Source: a virus (lineage: Duplodnaviria > Caudoviricetes). Taken from it: a stretch of DNA of 64,000 nucleotides. The stretch is taken from positions 1 to 64,000 of IMG/VR virus record IMGVR_UViG_3300026177_000194; one strand, given 5' to 3'. Made by a program: the position numbers and the translations under genes. The stretch's first letter is position 1. Each line of letters opens with the position of its first letter. Shown here piece after piece: positions 39,495 through 49,752 of the stretch. The notes under the pieces are model-generated. The model saw only the letters and a program-made list of their open reading frames with translations. It did not search any database and was not told the origin of the DNA.

Positions 39495-39758
39495 TCATAA
39501 ATTTTTATACAATGTTAAAACATCAACAATACTAAGTGTTTTGTTAAAAACTGAAAATTTATCTAAAACAGGATCATCTTTCCCTAAAACATTTTCAATC
39601 CAATTTAATTTTCCAGCACCTTTACATAATGGACAAATCTTTGTTGATACAGGACCAGGTTGAAAAACTTTAACACCTCAAACCAATAACTCTATTTTTT
39701 CAACTTGTATCTCTAATATTCCTTTTCCGCAACATTTATCACAAGTATATTCTATCAT
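39495..39758 (-). pseudogene. CxxCxGxG paralog of 37658 interrupted by an in-frame TGA
   Basis: MIEYTCDKCCGKG...LLV*GVK...CPLCKGAGKLNWIENVLGK; TGA at 39678-39680. Confidence 0.7.
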
Positions 39759-40201
39759 TTACTAATCACAAAAAATCTATCATCTAACTTTTTCTTAATA
39801 ACAGGTTTAATTTGTACAACCCAATTAAATCCTCCATTACTACAACCAGGTCTCGGAAGAACAACTTTATTCCATTTCATTTTATCTGTTAACAAAACTA
39901 ATTGTTCTATAGAATCCTCAATTAAACTAAATCTAGAATTTTCCCAATAATTAACCTTTGTTGGAAACGAAACAATTGGTTTAGGTTCCCAAATTATAAC
40001 TTGAACAATATGACCATTTTCTTTAATTAAATTTCCTAATTTTAAGTCTATATCTTTAAATTTATTTTTAGCAGACAATGCACATCCCGCACCCATAACT
40101 GATCTGCCATTCTTTTTAACTACACCATTTGTTGTTATACAAATAGCATCAGCAAAATTAAGAATTGTTAATGAAAACAAATCTCCACTAATTTCTTTCA
40201 T
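39755..40201 (-). CDS. Macro-domain (ADP-ribose processing) protein
   Basis: GDLF, ITTN, VMGAGCA, SFPTK, LPRPGCSNG. Confidence 0.8.
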   Translation of the reverse strand: MKEISGDLFSLTILNFADAICITTNGVVKKNGRSVMGAGCALSAKNKFKDIDLKLGNLIKENGHIVQVIIWEPKPIVSFPTKVNYWENSRFSLIEDSIEQLVLLTDKMKWNKVVLPRPGCSNGGFNWVVQIKPVIKKKLDDRFFVISK

Positions 40202-40375
40202 CCTTTAAATCTTTCAAATCAAAAAATGGATTAGGAATGATATCACCAATAACTCGAACTGAATTTTCATTATTATTAATTTGTTTTTTATAAAATTCTG
40301 CTAGCATCAATTGATGCAATAAAGTAGTTCTTATGTCATTTTCATTATGAATTTTAACCATTATTTTTTAATTCC

Positions 40376-40645
40376 TTAACTTAAAACTCCATATATTTCA
40401 TCATTCTTTAAAATTCTTTGAATAACTCCATTAACGATTACAGCTTGACCTCCAGACTGATGGAAAACAATAATATCATCTACTTTAAGATTAGTAACTT
40501 TTTCCCCAATACTTAAAACTTTTCCATATTTCTGGGGTTCCATTTTAACTGTTTGAGGAATAATAATTCCAGCTTCTGTTTTATCTTCTGTTTTAATTAA
40601 TTCTTCAACTACCACATGATCATTTATCGCTTGAATTTTTTTCAT
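40376..40645 (-). CDS. groES: Co-chaperonin GroES (start reassigned to MKKIQAIND)
   Basis: INDHVVVE...TEAGIIIP...GKVLSIG...VDDIIVF...DEIYGVL. Confidence 0.85.
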   Translation of the reverse strand: MKKIQAINDHVVVEELIKTEDKTEAGIIIPQTVKMEPQKYGKVLSIGEKVTNLKVDDIIVFHQSGGQAVIVNGVIQRILKNDEIYGVLS

Positions 40646-40862
40646 TTTTCTTAAAGCTCCTTTTCTTTTGTTGTTTTTGTTCATCTTTTTCGCGTCTAAT
40701 TGCAGCTTCTTTTCTTTTTCTTTTTTTGAAAATGCTTGGTTTCTCATAAGCAGAATGATTTTTAACTTCTCTTAGAATTCCACTATTATTAACTTTTTTC
40801 TTGAATCTTTTTATTAATGATTCAATATCTTCATTCTCTCTTCTTATTACAACTAATCCCAT
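40620..40862 (-). CDS. rpsU: Ribosomal protein bS21 (start at MGLVVIR)
   Basis: EDIESLIKRFKKKV...GILREVK...YEKPS..KKRKRKEA. Confidence 0.85.
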   Translation of the reverse strand: MGLVVIRRENEDIESLIKRFKKKVNNSGILREVKNHSAYEKPSIFKKRKRKEAAIRREKDEQKQQKKRSFKKNEKNSSDK

Positions 40863-40916
40863 CTTCTTGTCATTAACCAGATTAAACATACCTTTTAAAA
40901 CTCACCTCCAATTCAA

Positions 40917-41111
40917 TTAACATTTTTTATTACCATGTCGATATGGTCTTGACTTATTGAATAAATGTTTTTTATTTACCTCTGATTCTATATCAATTCC
41001 TAAATATTCGCACATATCCCAAATTCTAATTACAGCATCAGCTAATTCTTCTGGTAAACTCCCTTTTTCCTCATAAGGAATATTTTGTCTGTATCCTTCT
41101 AAACTGTTTAA
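40917..41111 (-). pseudogene. C-terminal half of a MazG-like NTP pyrophosphohydrolase split by tnpB
   Basis: LEGYR...EELADAVIRIWD...GIDIESEVNKKHLFNKSRPYRHGNKKC. Confidence 0.75.
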
Positions 41112-41122
41112 ACAAATAAAAT

Positions 41123-42427
41123 CTAATTGAAACAATACAAATTAATTTTAGATTTTATATTATTTAACCTAAAAACTCTAAACTTAAAATTATTTAGAGA
41201 ACTTCGATAGCTCAATTTCAAAGTTTTTGTAATGACATTAAATAATTCTATCCAATTCTTATAAATTAAATCTTTCTCTTCCTTCCATCGGTTTGAAAGA
41301 TCATTTACTTCAATAAGTTTTGGATAGAACCAATTTTTCTGCCATTTATGAAACCCTCGTCTTGAAATTTCTATAGATGAAGCAACCATATCGGGATAAT
41401 TTTGTCCATATAAAACATTACCAATAAAACTTGAATATGCAGGATTTACTTCTACAAATTCAATTCCAGAAATATTACAACGTTTATTTAAATTGTTTAT
41501 TAGTTTGTTTCGATTCCAACAATTGTTAACTAACCTATTAAAACTTTTACCTTTTTTATGATTTTTAGTTAATATTTGTAATTCTTCAACTACAATTTTA
41601 TAACAATTAAAATGTAAAGCTTGAGAAATTAAAAATTTAGAAACTTCAAAAATTTCAAATGTCTTTTTATTATTTTGATTTATTTGTATCGGATCATTAG
41701 AACTTACTTTTAATTTCTTATTTAATTCTATGTTTTCAATAACTCCAGTTTTAATAACTTTAAAATTATCATCTTTATCAAATTCTAAAACTGACCATCC
41801 AATATAATTTGGATTAAGATCAATTCCTAAAACTCTATTTGAATTTAAAGGTTTAATGTTTTCTTTTAAGATTTTTTCATCGAATATAATACAAATTTCT
41901 TTATTTGATAATCTTATAGTAAATGGTATTTCATTTTTATTAGAATATTCTTCTAACAATAACAAATTTCGTTTATGATTATTTCTAAGGTTAGGTAATT
42001 GTATTTCAATTTTATCACCTCTTTTTGGTTTAAAAATTATCTTATTATTTTCAATATCTAAATCAAATTTTCTATTACCTTTTTGTGGTGCTTCTCCTTG
42101 AATACAAATAGGGTGTAATCTTAATTCTTTTAACTGTTCTTTTGAAATTTTATTTTGTGATCTTAATTCAAAATTTCGTTTTCCACCAAATATTAATTTT
42201 CCATTAGGAACTTTTTTAAACCATGATTGAGCTTCTCTGATTGCACATTGAATAAACCAAGAGTCTAAAAATGAATATAAATTTCTTGATTTAATCAACT
42301 GTCTTATATCTTTTTCCAATAAACCTTCAACAAAACGATTGTAAGAGAACCTAATACAAGAATTAAATTCTCTTAGATAATCATCAATATTGATTTGGTT
42401 TTTAATTGGAAGTTTTATTGCAATCAT
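41123..42427 (-). CDS. tnpB: TnpB-related RuvC nuclease lacking a Zn finger (434 aa)
   Basis: LGIDLNP, IVVEEL, VNPAYSSFIG, PDMVAS. Confidence 0.8.
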   Translation of the reverse strand: MIAIKLPIKNQINIDDYLREFNSCIRFSYNRFVEGLLEKDIRQLIKSRNLYSFLDSWFIQCAIREAQSWFKKVPNGKLIFGGKRNFELRSQNKISKEQLKELRLHPICIQGEAPQKGNRKFDLDIENNKIIFKPKRGDKIEIQLPNLRNNHKRNLLLLEEYSNKNEIPFTIRLSNKEICIIFDEKILKENIKPLNSNRVLGIDLNPNYIGWSVLEFDKDDNFKVIKTGVIENIELNKKLKVSSNDPIQINQNNKKTFEIFEVSKFLISQALHFNCYKIVVEELQILTKNHKKGKSFNRLVNNCWNRNKLINNLNKRCNISGIEFVEVNPAYSSFIGNVLYGQNYPDMVASSIEISRRGFHKWQKNWFYPKLIEVNDLSNRWKEEKDLIYKNWIELFNVITKTLKLSYRSSLNNFKFRVFRLNNIKSKINLYCFN

Positions 42428-42525
42428 TGGTTTAATAATTCTGGAACTTCTCTTTTTGTTGAGTTATCATACCAACCTTTTTCAATTGCTAAATCGTGTA
42501 CTTCTTTTGGTGTCACTATATTCAT
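42424..42525 (-). pseudogene. N-terminal half of the split MazG-like gene (33 aa)
   Basis: MNIVTPKEVHDLAIEKGWYDNSTKREVPELL matches the start of this MazG family; its stop overlaps the tnpB ATG. Confidence 0.7.
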
Positions 42526-42537
42526 TCAAAATCCTTT

Positions 42538-43218
42538 CTATACAAAACCATAAATGATATGATCTCTTGAACTAAAGTTAACTTTATATTTTTCTGCTAC
42601 GTCAAAAACTTTTGGCGCATGATCTAATATTTGTTCTTTTGTGACGCCCTCCGGCATCAAATAAATTCTTTGATTATCAAATTCTATATTTTGTAAATGA
42701 TCTAAAAATCTAATCACTAATTCCCTTTCTTCATAAACAAGTTTAATAAACACTTTTTCATCATATATAATTTTTTGAATTAATGCAACATAAAAAGAAT
42801 AATCTTCTTCTGAAAAAAGTTTTGGAGACAATGAATAATTTACATTTTTTTTTGGATTTATTTTATCTATTAAACCAATTAAATTATACCCATTTGTTTC
42901 AACATTAAAAATTCTACAATTTATGTTATTTATAATATTGATGGTACTTTGTAAATTTTCACCAAATGTTGGAGAACCTCCCGTAATCATCAATCCACAT
43001 TTTTCATCATTTACTATTTTTTGAATTTCTTCAAGAGTAATTTCTGTTTCTACAGAACTTCGCATCCGAACCTGTGTATCACACCAAGGGCACCGTTTTG
43101 AACATGTTTTGAATCTTATTATTAACAATCTCTGACCAGAATCTTTTCCCTCCCCTTGCCATGTTACAAAACTTTCAATAGTTTTAACCGCTTGACTCAT
43201 TTTATAATTCCTTTCCAT
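42538..43218 (-). CDS. queE: 7-carboxy-7-deazaguanine synthase (radical SAM)
   Basis: TWQGEG, CSKRCPWCDT, ITGG, VETNG, SLSPK, LMPEG. Confidence 0.9.
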   Translation of the reverse strand: MERNYKMSQAVKTIESFVTWQGEGKDSGQRLLIIRFKTCSKRCPWCDTQVRMRSSVETEITLEEIQKIVNDEKCGLMITGGSPTFGENLQSTINIINNINCRIFNVETNGYNLIGLIDKINPKKNVNYSLSPKLFSEEDYSFYVALIQKIIYDEKVFIKLVYEERELVIRFLDHLQNIEFDNQRIYLMPEGVTKEQILDHAPKVFDVAEKYKVNFSSRDHIIYGFV

Positions 43219-43250
43219 TTATTATTTGTTCTTACTTAAAATAAAAATAT

Positions 43251-46200
43251 CTAAAACGTTAAAATTTCTTGTTTCTTTATTAGCAACGGTTCTAATAATA
43301 AATTATATCTGTCTGTCCAACTAAAATCTAACATTGTTTTTACATCAATGATATAATAGTTAGGAACATATTCTACTTCTTCCGGAATCACAATTATATC
43401 TAACTTCACACCTTTTTTAAGAAAGTGTTTATCATAATTTAATCTGACTTCTTCTGGTGCTTTTTCTAAATCAATACCTTTCAGTTTAAATAAATATCCT
43501 CTTGATCCTACATCAAATACTTTATATTCTAAATCATTCCAAGTTAACATTCCTCTAACACCTTGACTTAAAACTTTATATTCTGAAATCTTTTTTGAAA
43601 ATGAAACAGGTCTTCCAATTATCGTATGACCTTCAGAAATTAATTTTGCAAATAATTTTTCTTTTTCTTTTACGAATTCTAAAATTGGGGGTAATGATAA
43701 TTTTTCAGATTTTAAGATTAATTCCAATACTTCTTTTAAATATTCTTTCGTGGTATTTGCAAAATCAGATCTTTTAATTTCTAATCCCATACTTTTAATT
43801 TCATCAACAGGATTATTTTCTTTTGAAATAATATAATTTGAGTATCTTTTTTTAGCTAGATATAAACCTCTTCTAATTACTAATTCATTTTTTAATTCTA
43901 ATCTATTTCTGTTTTCATTTACATTATGTTTTGCTATAATTTTCTTAACAATATCGCCATTTAAAAAATTTTGAACTTCTTTATTTAAATCGTTTACAAA
44001 CTTTAAAATATCTTCTTTTGATTTTTCCTTTGAAATCAATGAATTATAACATAAAAATACACTATCAGTATCTCCTGTAATTAAATGTTTAAAATTAACT
44101 CCCATATTATCTGTAAACATTTGTTGTTTGGTTATCGGTTTGTATTCAAATTTTTTATTATTCTTTTTTGACTCGATATAATTTTCTCCGGATATCATTA
44201 CATTTTTAATTGCTTCTTGTCCACTTAATGTAATAGATCTTGCTGAGTCAACATTGAAAAATCTAAATACTTTATTACCCAAGGCACCATATAGCGAATT
44301 AGACAAAATTTTCATCACATTTTGCCTAGTATCATATAACTGTTCTTTATCTTTATCTTTTTTATTTAATGCATCAAACATCTTCTTTTTATAAATTTTT
44401 CTTGATCCTAACAACATTTCCAATACTTCCGCATAGAATGATAATTCATTATCATGACTTTTAAAAAAACATCCATTAATTGTATGGGTTAAATTACTAT
44501 CTTTTATTTTTTGTAATAATTGTTGTTTAGACACTGTAACTAATTTTTTCTCAAAAGTTGGATCTAAAATCACTTCAATTTGTTCTGGTAGGTTATCTGG
44601 ATTATATGCTAAATCATATCCTAATTGATGGTCTTTAAATTTCATTACAAATGTATTAACACCAATATTATATGTTAAAATAAGCGAGGGATACAAAGAA
44701 GTAAAATCAAAATCAACAACAAAATCATGTATACCCACCACGGGGGATTGTACATAAGCACCCTCAAATCTTTCATCTTGATCGATAATTTCAGCATTTT
44801 TGGAAGCATAACCTTTCTCCTTTAGAAATGAAACTATAGTTGAATCTACTTGACCCAATACAGATTTTGATCCTTTAAATGTTGACTTACATATTCTTTT
44901 TAATTCATCTTGAAAAAATACATGCTTCAATTTATAATCTAATTCTTCTAATAAATCAACGTCATTAATATTATATAATATAGCTTTATTGATATCAGTT
45001 CTAAACATTTCTGAGAAATTAGATCCTTTATCTGTTTTACCTTTTTTCAATTCTAAATTTCCAATAAAGTCTAATGAATAACTTTCTCTTCCACCAAAAG
45101 TAAATTGTTTGTATAATTCTAACATATCAAGAAATACTATTCCTGCAGCATCTGGATAAAATTGATATTTATTATAATCTGCTTCTCCAAATTTTGACAT
45201 TTTTGTACAATCAACTCTTATTTTTTTTGATCTGTTAATTATATATTGCATATCAAAATCATTTGAATACCAACCAGTAATAACGTCACATTCAGAATTT
45301 CTTACATCATTAAAAAATGTAGTCAATAGAGTTGCTTCTGAATTGCAAATAACTATTTCTTTATTAGTTGTATCAATAAGTTGATTAGTAATTTTTAAAA
45401 CTTTTGGATCTAAAACTAATGATTTTTTAATTCCATTGTAAGAATATCTAATAATTGCGATTGGATCATTAGCATCATGCGCTGAACTATTGACTCTAGT
45501 TTCTGAATATGTTTCAATATCTATAAACATAATATTTGAAGGGACTTTTGGTTCTTCTTCCTTCTTTAATAGATAATAATCCATGGCATGTTTTGTTGTA
45601 ATCTTTATATCACCTTCATATGTTATCTTGGGATTTAAAGAATATTTTTCTTTATAAGGAATTTTAACTTGATGTAATTCATCATATTTAACAACCTTTC
45701 TAGCTTTTGATTCATCATTTATTTGATAACAAACGTAATCATCAGTTGTTTTATAATATTCTTTTTTATTATTTTTATCTCTGAAAATATACAAAACTTC
45801 ATTTGTTTTACTTAAAAATTGAACATCAATTAGTTTATAATTTGAAGTATAATATTTATCTGGAATCTTGTAATAAAATATTCCAGTTTTTGATGTAAGA
45901 TTTTTTTGATTATTTTCCGTTGGATTTAATCCAATTAATTCAGCAACTTTTTTCATATCATTTTCAAAAGTTGATTCTAATGTTTTGACTCTGTTTATAT
46001 ATGAAGGATGTAACATTATAAATACATCCCTATTATTCCATTTAAATTTTTCTCCTCTTATATTAGTTACTCCTGCGCCTTTTGGTAATAATCCAAATGC
46101 AGAAACTGGTGAAGCTCCCATTAACACAATTAAATCTGGATTGCATTCTTCAATAATTTTAAAACAATTTTCTTTACATCTTTCAATAACTTCTGGTTTT

Positions 46201-46487
46201 GGATTTCCTGTTGTACCATCCTCATTTAATGTTTGACATAAAACAACATTCGTTAATAAATATTTTTCATTATCCAAACCATATTTTTCAAAATATTTTC
46301 TAAATAATTTTCCAGCTTTACCAATTAATGGTCTTTCTTTTTCAATCTCGTCCTTACCTGGGTTCTCAGCTATAAAAATTATTTTAACCTCATTTAAATA
46401 TGTAGCATTTGTTTCTAGAATACAAGATGGTTCTGAGAATAATGGACATCCTAAACAATCCGCAAAAGAGTTTTTAATACTAAACAA
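43251..46487 (-). CDS. Family B DNA polymerase with an N-terminal family-4-like uracil-DNA glycosylase domain
   Basis: UDG: CLGCPL, AENPG, IGKAG, TNVVLC, LHPSY. Exo: DIET, DFD, YNINDV. Pol: DFTSLYPS, KILSNSLYG, GDTDS. Confidence 0.92.
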   Translation of the reverse strand: MFSIKNSFADCLGCPLFSEPSCILETNATYLNEVKIIFIAENPGKDEIEKERPLIGKAGKLFRKYFEKYGLDNEKYLLTNVVLCQTLNEDGTTGNPKPEVIERCKENCFKIIEECNPDLIVLMGASPVSAFGLLPKGAGVTNIRGEKFKWNNRDVFIMLHPSYINRVKTLESTFENDMKKVAELIGLNPTENNQKNLTSKTGIFYYKIPDKYYTSNYKLIDVQFLSKTNEVLYIFRDKNNKKEYYKTTDDYVCYQINDESKARKVVKYDELHQVKIPYKEKYSLNPKITYEGDIKITTKHAMDYYLLKKEEEPKVPSNIMFIDIETYSETRVNSSAHDANDPIAIIRYSYNGIKKSLVLDPKVLKITNQLIDTTNKEIVICNSEATLLTTFFNDVRNSECDVITGWYSNDFDMQYIINRSKKIRVDCTKMSKFGEADYNKYQFYPDAAGIVFLDMLELYKQFTFGGRESYSLDFIGNLELKKGKTDKGSNFSEMFRTDINKAILYNINDVDLLEELDYKLKHVFFQDELKRICKSTFKGSKSVLGQVDSTIVSFLKEKGYASKNAEIIDQDERFEGAYVQSPVVGIHDFVVDFDFTSLYPSLILTYNIGVNTFVMKFKDHQLGYDLAYNPDNLPEQIEVILDPTFEKKLVTVSKQQLLQKIKDSNLTHTINGCFFKSHDNELSFYAEVLEMLLGSRKIYKKKMFDALNKKDKDKEQLYDTRQNVMKILSNSLYGALGNKVFRFFNVDSARSITLSGQEAIKNVMISGENYIESKKNNKKFEYKPITKQQMFTDNMGVNFKHLITGDTDSVFLCYNSLISKEKSKEDILKFVNDLNKEVQNFLNGDIVKKIIAKHNVNENRNRLELKNELVIRRGLYLAKKRYSNYIISKENNPVDEIKSMGLEIKRSDFANTTKEYLKEVLELILKSEKLSLPPILEFVKEKEKLFAKLISEGHTIIGRPVSFSKKISEYKVLSQGVRGMLTWNDLEYKVFDVGSRGYLFKLKGIDLEKAPEEVRLNYDKHFLKKGVKLDIIVIPEEVEYVPNYYIIDVKTMLDFSWTDRYNLLLEPLLIKKQEILTF

Positions 46488-46656
46488 AAATAAACACTTC
46501 CTTTCATTCCATATTTGTTATTTGTTCTTGGTTATAAAATAAAAATCATGTTAAAACAAAACTTCTACATATATTAAATTATAGAAGGAAATAGAAATAA
46601 TTTTTTTCTGTTTCAAAAACTAAAAATTTTTCAAACTTTAAAAGGAGGAAGTAAAC

Positions 46657-47340
46657 ATGTATTTGCAAATGGAAGATGTAAAATGCGCAGAAAAAAATTT
46701 CAGTCTTGACAAGTTTAAAAATGGATATGATGTTAATAAGGTAATGTCCCGTTTTCTAAAGGGAGACATTACCAGTTTATCTCGAATTTTTACAAAAAAT
46801 AATTTATTGATTCATTTGATTGAATCAAAGAATCTTCCAATGAATTTGGAAATCCCTGTCCGTAATCAATGTAAAGATTGTCATGGACGAGGATTTGAAT
46901 TAATCCCATTTGCAACCGAAAAAGTAAAATGTGTGTTGCGTGTTTACAAGGATAAAAATGGAAAAGATGTATATGAAGGATGTAATGGTACTGGGTGGAA
47001 AATTGATAAATGTACAAGATGTAATGGAACAGGAAAGATTGGAGAAAATCCATGTCCTACCTGTTGGGATAAAGTTAAAAAAAGAAGCCGTGGTACTTAC
47101 ATCTACAAGAAAACAGAAAATTTTCAAGGAAAAAAATGTTTGATATGTCAAGGAACCGGTGAAGTTAAAAAAGTTGTAAAACGAGAAACTAACATTTCTG
47201 ACATGAAACTTTGTACAAAATGTAATGGTTCAGGTATTAACGATAATATTGGTACCCCAGTTATTAAACCATCAGATTTACAAAAGATGGTTGATATTCA
47301 AGATCTTGTTAAAATCACAAATGAAGTATATGCAAGTTAA
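46657..47340 (+). CDS. DnaJ-type Cys-rich (CxxCxGxG) repeat protein
   Basis: CKDCHGRG, CTRCNGTG, CLICQGTG, CTKCNGSG. Confidence 0.7.
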   Translation: MYLQMEDVKCAEKNFSLDKFKNGYDVNKVMSRFLKGDITSLSRIFTKNNLLIHLIESKNLPMNLEIPVRNQCKDCHGRGFELIPFATEKVKCVLRVYKDKNGKDVYEGCNGTGWKIDKCTRCNGTGKIGENPCPTCWDKVKKRSRGTYIYKKTENFQGKKCLICQGTGEVKKVVKRETNISDMKLCTKCNGSGINDNIGTPVIKPSDLQKMVDIQDLVKITNEVYAS

Positions 47341-47385
47341 GCAGTTTTAAGTTTTACATACACTTCAAAATCATGGAGATAATCT

Positions 47386-47916
47386 CTATTTTTGTGTCTC
47401 CATGATTTTGAAGTTATTTTTTAAAAATTCAGAAACTGTTTCTTTTTCTTTTTTTGTTGATTTTTTCATTCCTTTTTGTTTCTTAATTGTTTCTGGTTTT
47501 TCTAAACCTAACGAATAATATATATCTTGTTTATTCTCCATTTTATCAACTATATCGCAAAGTAATGATATATCATGTTTTTTCATAATTGGAATCTTTT
47601 TTCTTAATGAATCAAAAAGTTTTGTATTTTTAGTTCTAGGAATAAATGGTAAACTCTTTCTTTGAACTTTAAAATCAATAACACACTTCTTTATGAATTT
47701 CATTAATTCTTCTTTATCTAAATAATATAACCCCATGTTATTGAAATACTCATCTAAATAATGATTTAACCTCCCTTGATTTAAAAACAGTGAAATCATG
47801 TATTGATGGTTGATAGGAGATTTATAACTTAATAAATCGGGAATCCCATTTCCCGATGGGATCTTAGATTTGGGATTCCCGTCAAATAACCAATTATTGA
47901 ATGTTTTATATGGCAT
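47386..47916 (-). CDS. Hypothetical protein (possibly clamp-loader small subunit-like)
   Basis: Replication context; only a weak resemblance to T4 gp62. Confidence 0.3.
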   Translation of the reverse strand: MPYKTFNNWLFDGNPKSKIPSGNGIPDLLSYKSPINHQYMISLFLNQGRLNHYLDEYFNNMGLYYLDKEELMKFIKKCVIDFKVQRKSLPFIPRTKNTKLFDSLRKKIPIMKKHDISLLCDIVDKMENKQDIYYSLGLEKPETIKKQKGMKKSTKKEKETVSEFLKNNFKIMETQK

Positions 47917-48610
47917 TGTTTTTACCTGCTATAAAATTATCGATTTTATTTTTTACTAATTCAATATTTCTTAATTCGTTTTCCCAGATTATTAAAGTTT
48001 TATATCCAAATTTTGCATAAAAAAGAATTTTTTCTTCTTCATGTTCTTTATTAGTAGAATAATCTCCGTTTTTAACTCTTATTTTAGGACCATGCCAATG
48101 ATCTCCAAAATGTTCTATTATTAATTTATTATTAACATCAATAAAATCTGGATTTTTTCCTCCAATTTTTAACTTATTTTTATTTCCATAATAATCATTA
48201 AAAATGAAATTATTTGGAATTTTTTCTAATATTTGTTTAATAATTATTTCTGGTTTAGTTGGTTTTAATTTATTATTTTTTTCTTCTTTTATTTTATTAT
48301 GTTTACTACCTCTTTCATAAAACATTCTTCCAAGATTCGCCAATGTTTCTAAATCTGTATTTTTAAATCCTCTATTTAATGTATATAATTTAATATTTTT
48401 CTCATCATGTCTACTTTCTATAAAATAAGTTAACATAGAATCTTCTGTAATTCTTCTCAATTCATCTCTTACTTTTTTAGGTTCCCATTTTATAAATTCA
48501 GATATTGCTGATGCAGATATATCACAAAATTGTTGCAAACACCACAAAGTTCCTAAATATAATTTACCATCCCACGGATTTTTTTTATCTTTTTCTAACT
48601 TGCCATTCAT
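47906..48610 (-). CDS. Vsr/DUF559-like endonuclease
   Basis: TKPE, PDF, IIEHFGDHWH, GYKTLIIWENE. Confidence 0.7.
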   Translation of the reverse strand: MNGKLEKDKKNPWDGKLYLGTLWCLQQFCDISASAISEFIKWEPKKVRDELRRITEDSMLTYFIESRHDEKNIKLYTLNRGFKNTDLETLANLGRMFYERGSKHNKIKEEKNNKLKPTKPEIIIKQILEKIPNNFIFNDYYGNKNKLKIGGKNPDFIDVNNKLIIEHFGDHWHGPKIRVKNGDYSTNKEHEEEKILFYAKFGYKTLIIWENELRNIELVKNKIDNFIAGKNNAI

Positions 48611-49539
48611 TATTCTTCTTTCATCACCTTAACAACATTCTCATAAAACTTCTCACACAATTCATTACACAACAATTCTTTTGGTGGTAACAAATCATCA
48701 TGTAACACCGCCCAAATCTTCATACTTAGATCATCATAATTATCATAAAGATATTCTTTTGGTAACAACTCTGGATATGAAAACTTATTAGGAGCTAACA
48801 CTACAGTTCCATTCATAATTGATTCCATCGTGCTATATCCAAACGTTTCTTCTTTTGTAGTAATCAATAAAATTTTACCTGAACTAAGAAACTTATAATA
48901 TTGTTCCCAATTACTACATTCTTTTCTTACAATATTTGAAAAATCTCTTTCAACCCAATCTTCTATAACTTGAGTTACTTTTTGAGGATTAGATCTAGCT
49001 ACTGAGATTATTTCAAATTCTTTTTTTTCTCTAAAAGTTTCAAATGGTGGAAAAGGTAAACCAACAACTACTGTATTATCCCATTTTGTTCCCAATTTAT
49101 CTTGATGATATTTACTTCCAATAAAAACTTTTTTAAACAATTTTGAATGTGCTGTTTCACAAGAAAATTTAATTGAATCAAAAATATCTAAATTATTTTT
49201 GGAAGTTGCATGACAGTATGCGAAGCAATTTTTTATCGGTTTATGATAAAGAACATTAGCAAAAAAACCAGGATAGGAAATATCCATGAACAAAAGAGTA
49301 TCAGCTTCTTCTAGTTTTAAATTTAGATATTCATTAACTTGAAAAAATTCAAAATTAATTGATTCTTTTCTTGGAGCAAACAATCCTTCTTCATTATTCA
49401 CTTTTGATTTGATATATGATTGTCCAATAATTATTACTTCATCATAATACTTACTAAACTCTTTTGGAAATTCACTATAAAAAAATTCTTGATATCTTAA
49501 TTTAGATGGATATTGAGGAACAAATATTAATCTCGACAT
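48610..49539 (-). CDS. GT-B glycosyltransferase (GT4-like)
   Basis: EETFGYSTMESIMNGTVVLAPNKFSYPEL. Confidence 0.8.
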   Translation of the reverse strand: MSRLIFVPQYPSKLRYQEFFYSEFPKEFSKYYDEVIIIGQSYIKSKVNNEEGLFAPRKESINFEFFQVNEYLNLKLEEADTLLFMDISYPGFFANVLYHKPIKNCFAYCHATSKNNLDIFDSIKFSCETAHSKLFKKVFIGSKYHQDKLGTKWDNTVVVGLPFPPFETFREKKEFEIISVARSNPQKVTQVIEDWVERDFSNIVRKECSNWEQYYKFLSSGKILLITTKEETFGYSTMESIMNGTVVLAPNKFSYPELLPKEYLYDNYDDLSMKIWAVLHDDLLPPKELLCNELCEKFYENVVKVMKEE

Positions 49540-49752
49540 TCACTAAATCCTTTCTTTCATTCTCTAAATACATAACATTTTTTCTTATCATCTAACTTTA
49601 ACTTTTTTAATTCTCCATTCCAAGATTTAATTGTTATTTCTTTTGAATCATGACTTTTTGAAATAACATTTAATTCATAATAACTCTTAACTCCAAACAT
49701 GTTCTCTGCAAAAATTGACTCAATCATAGAAAATAAGTTCCCCCCAGAAGTA

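Noticed and set aside
41106-42435. IStron (group I intron + tnpB) restoring MazG by splicing
   Set aside because: tnpB fills nearly the whole insert, leaving no room for an intron core.
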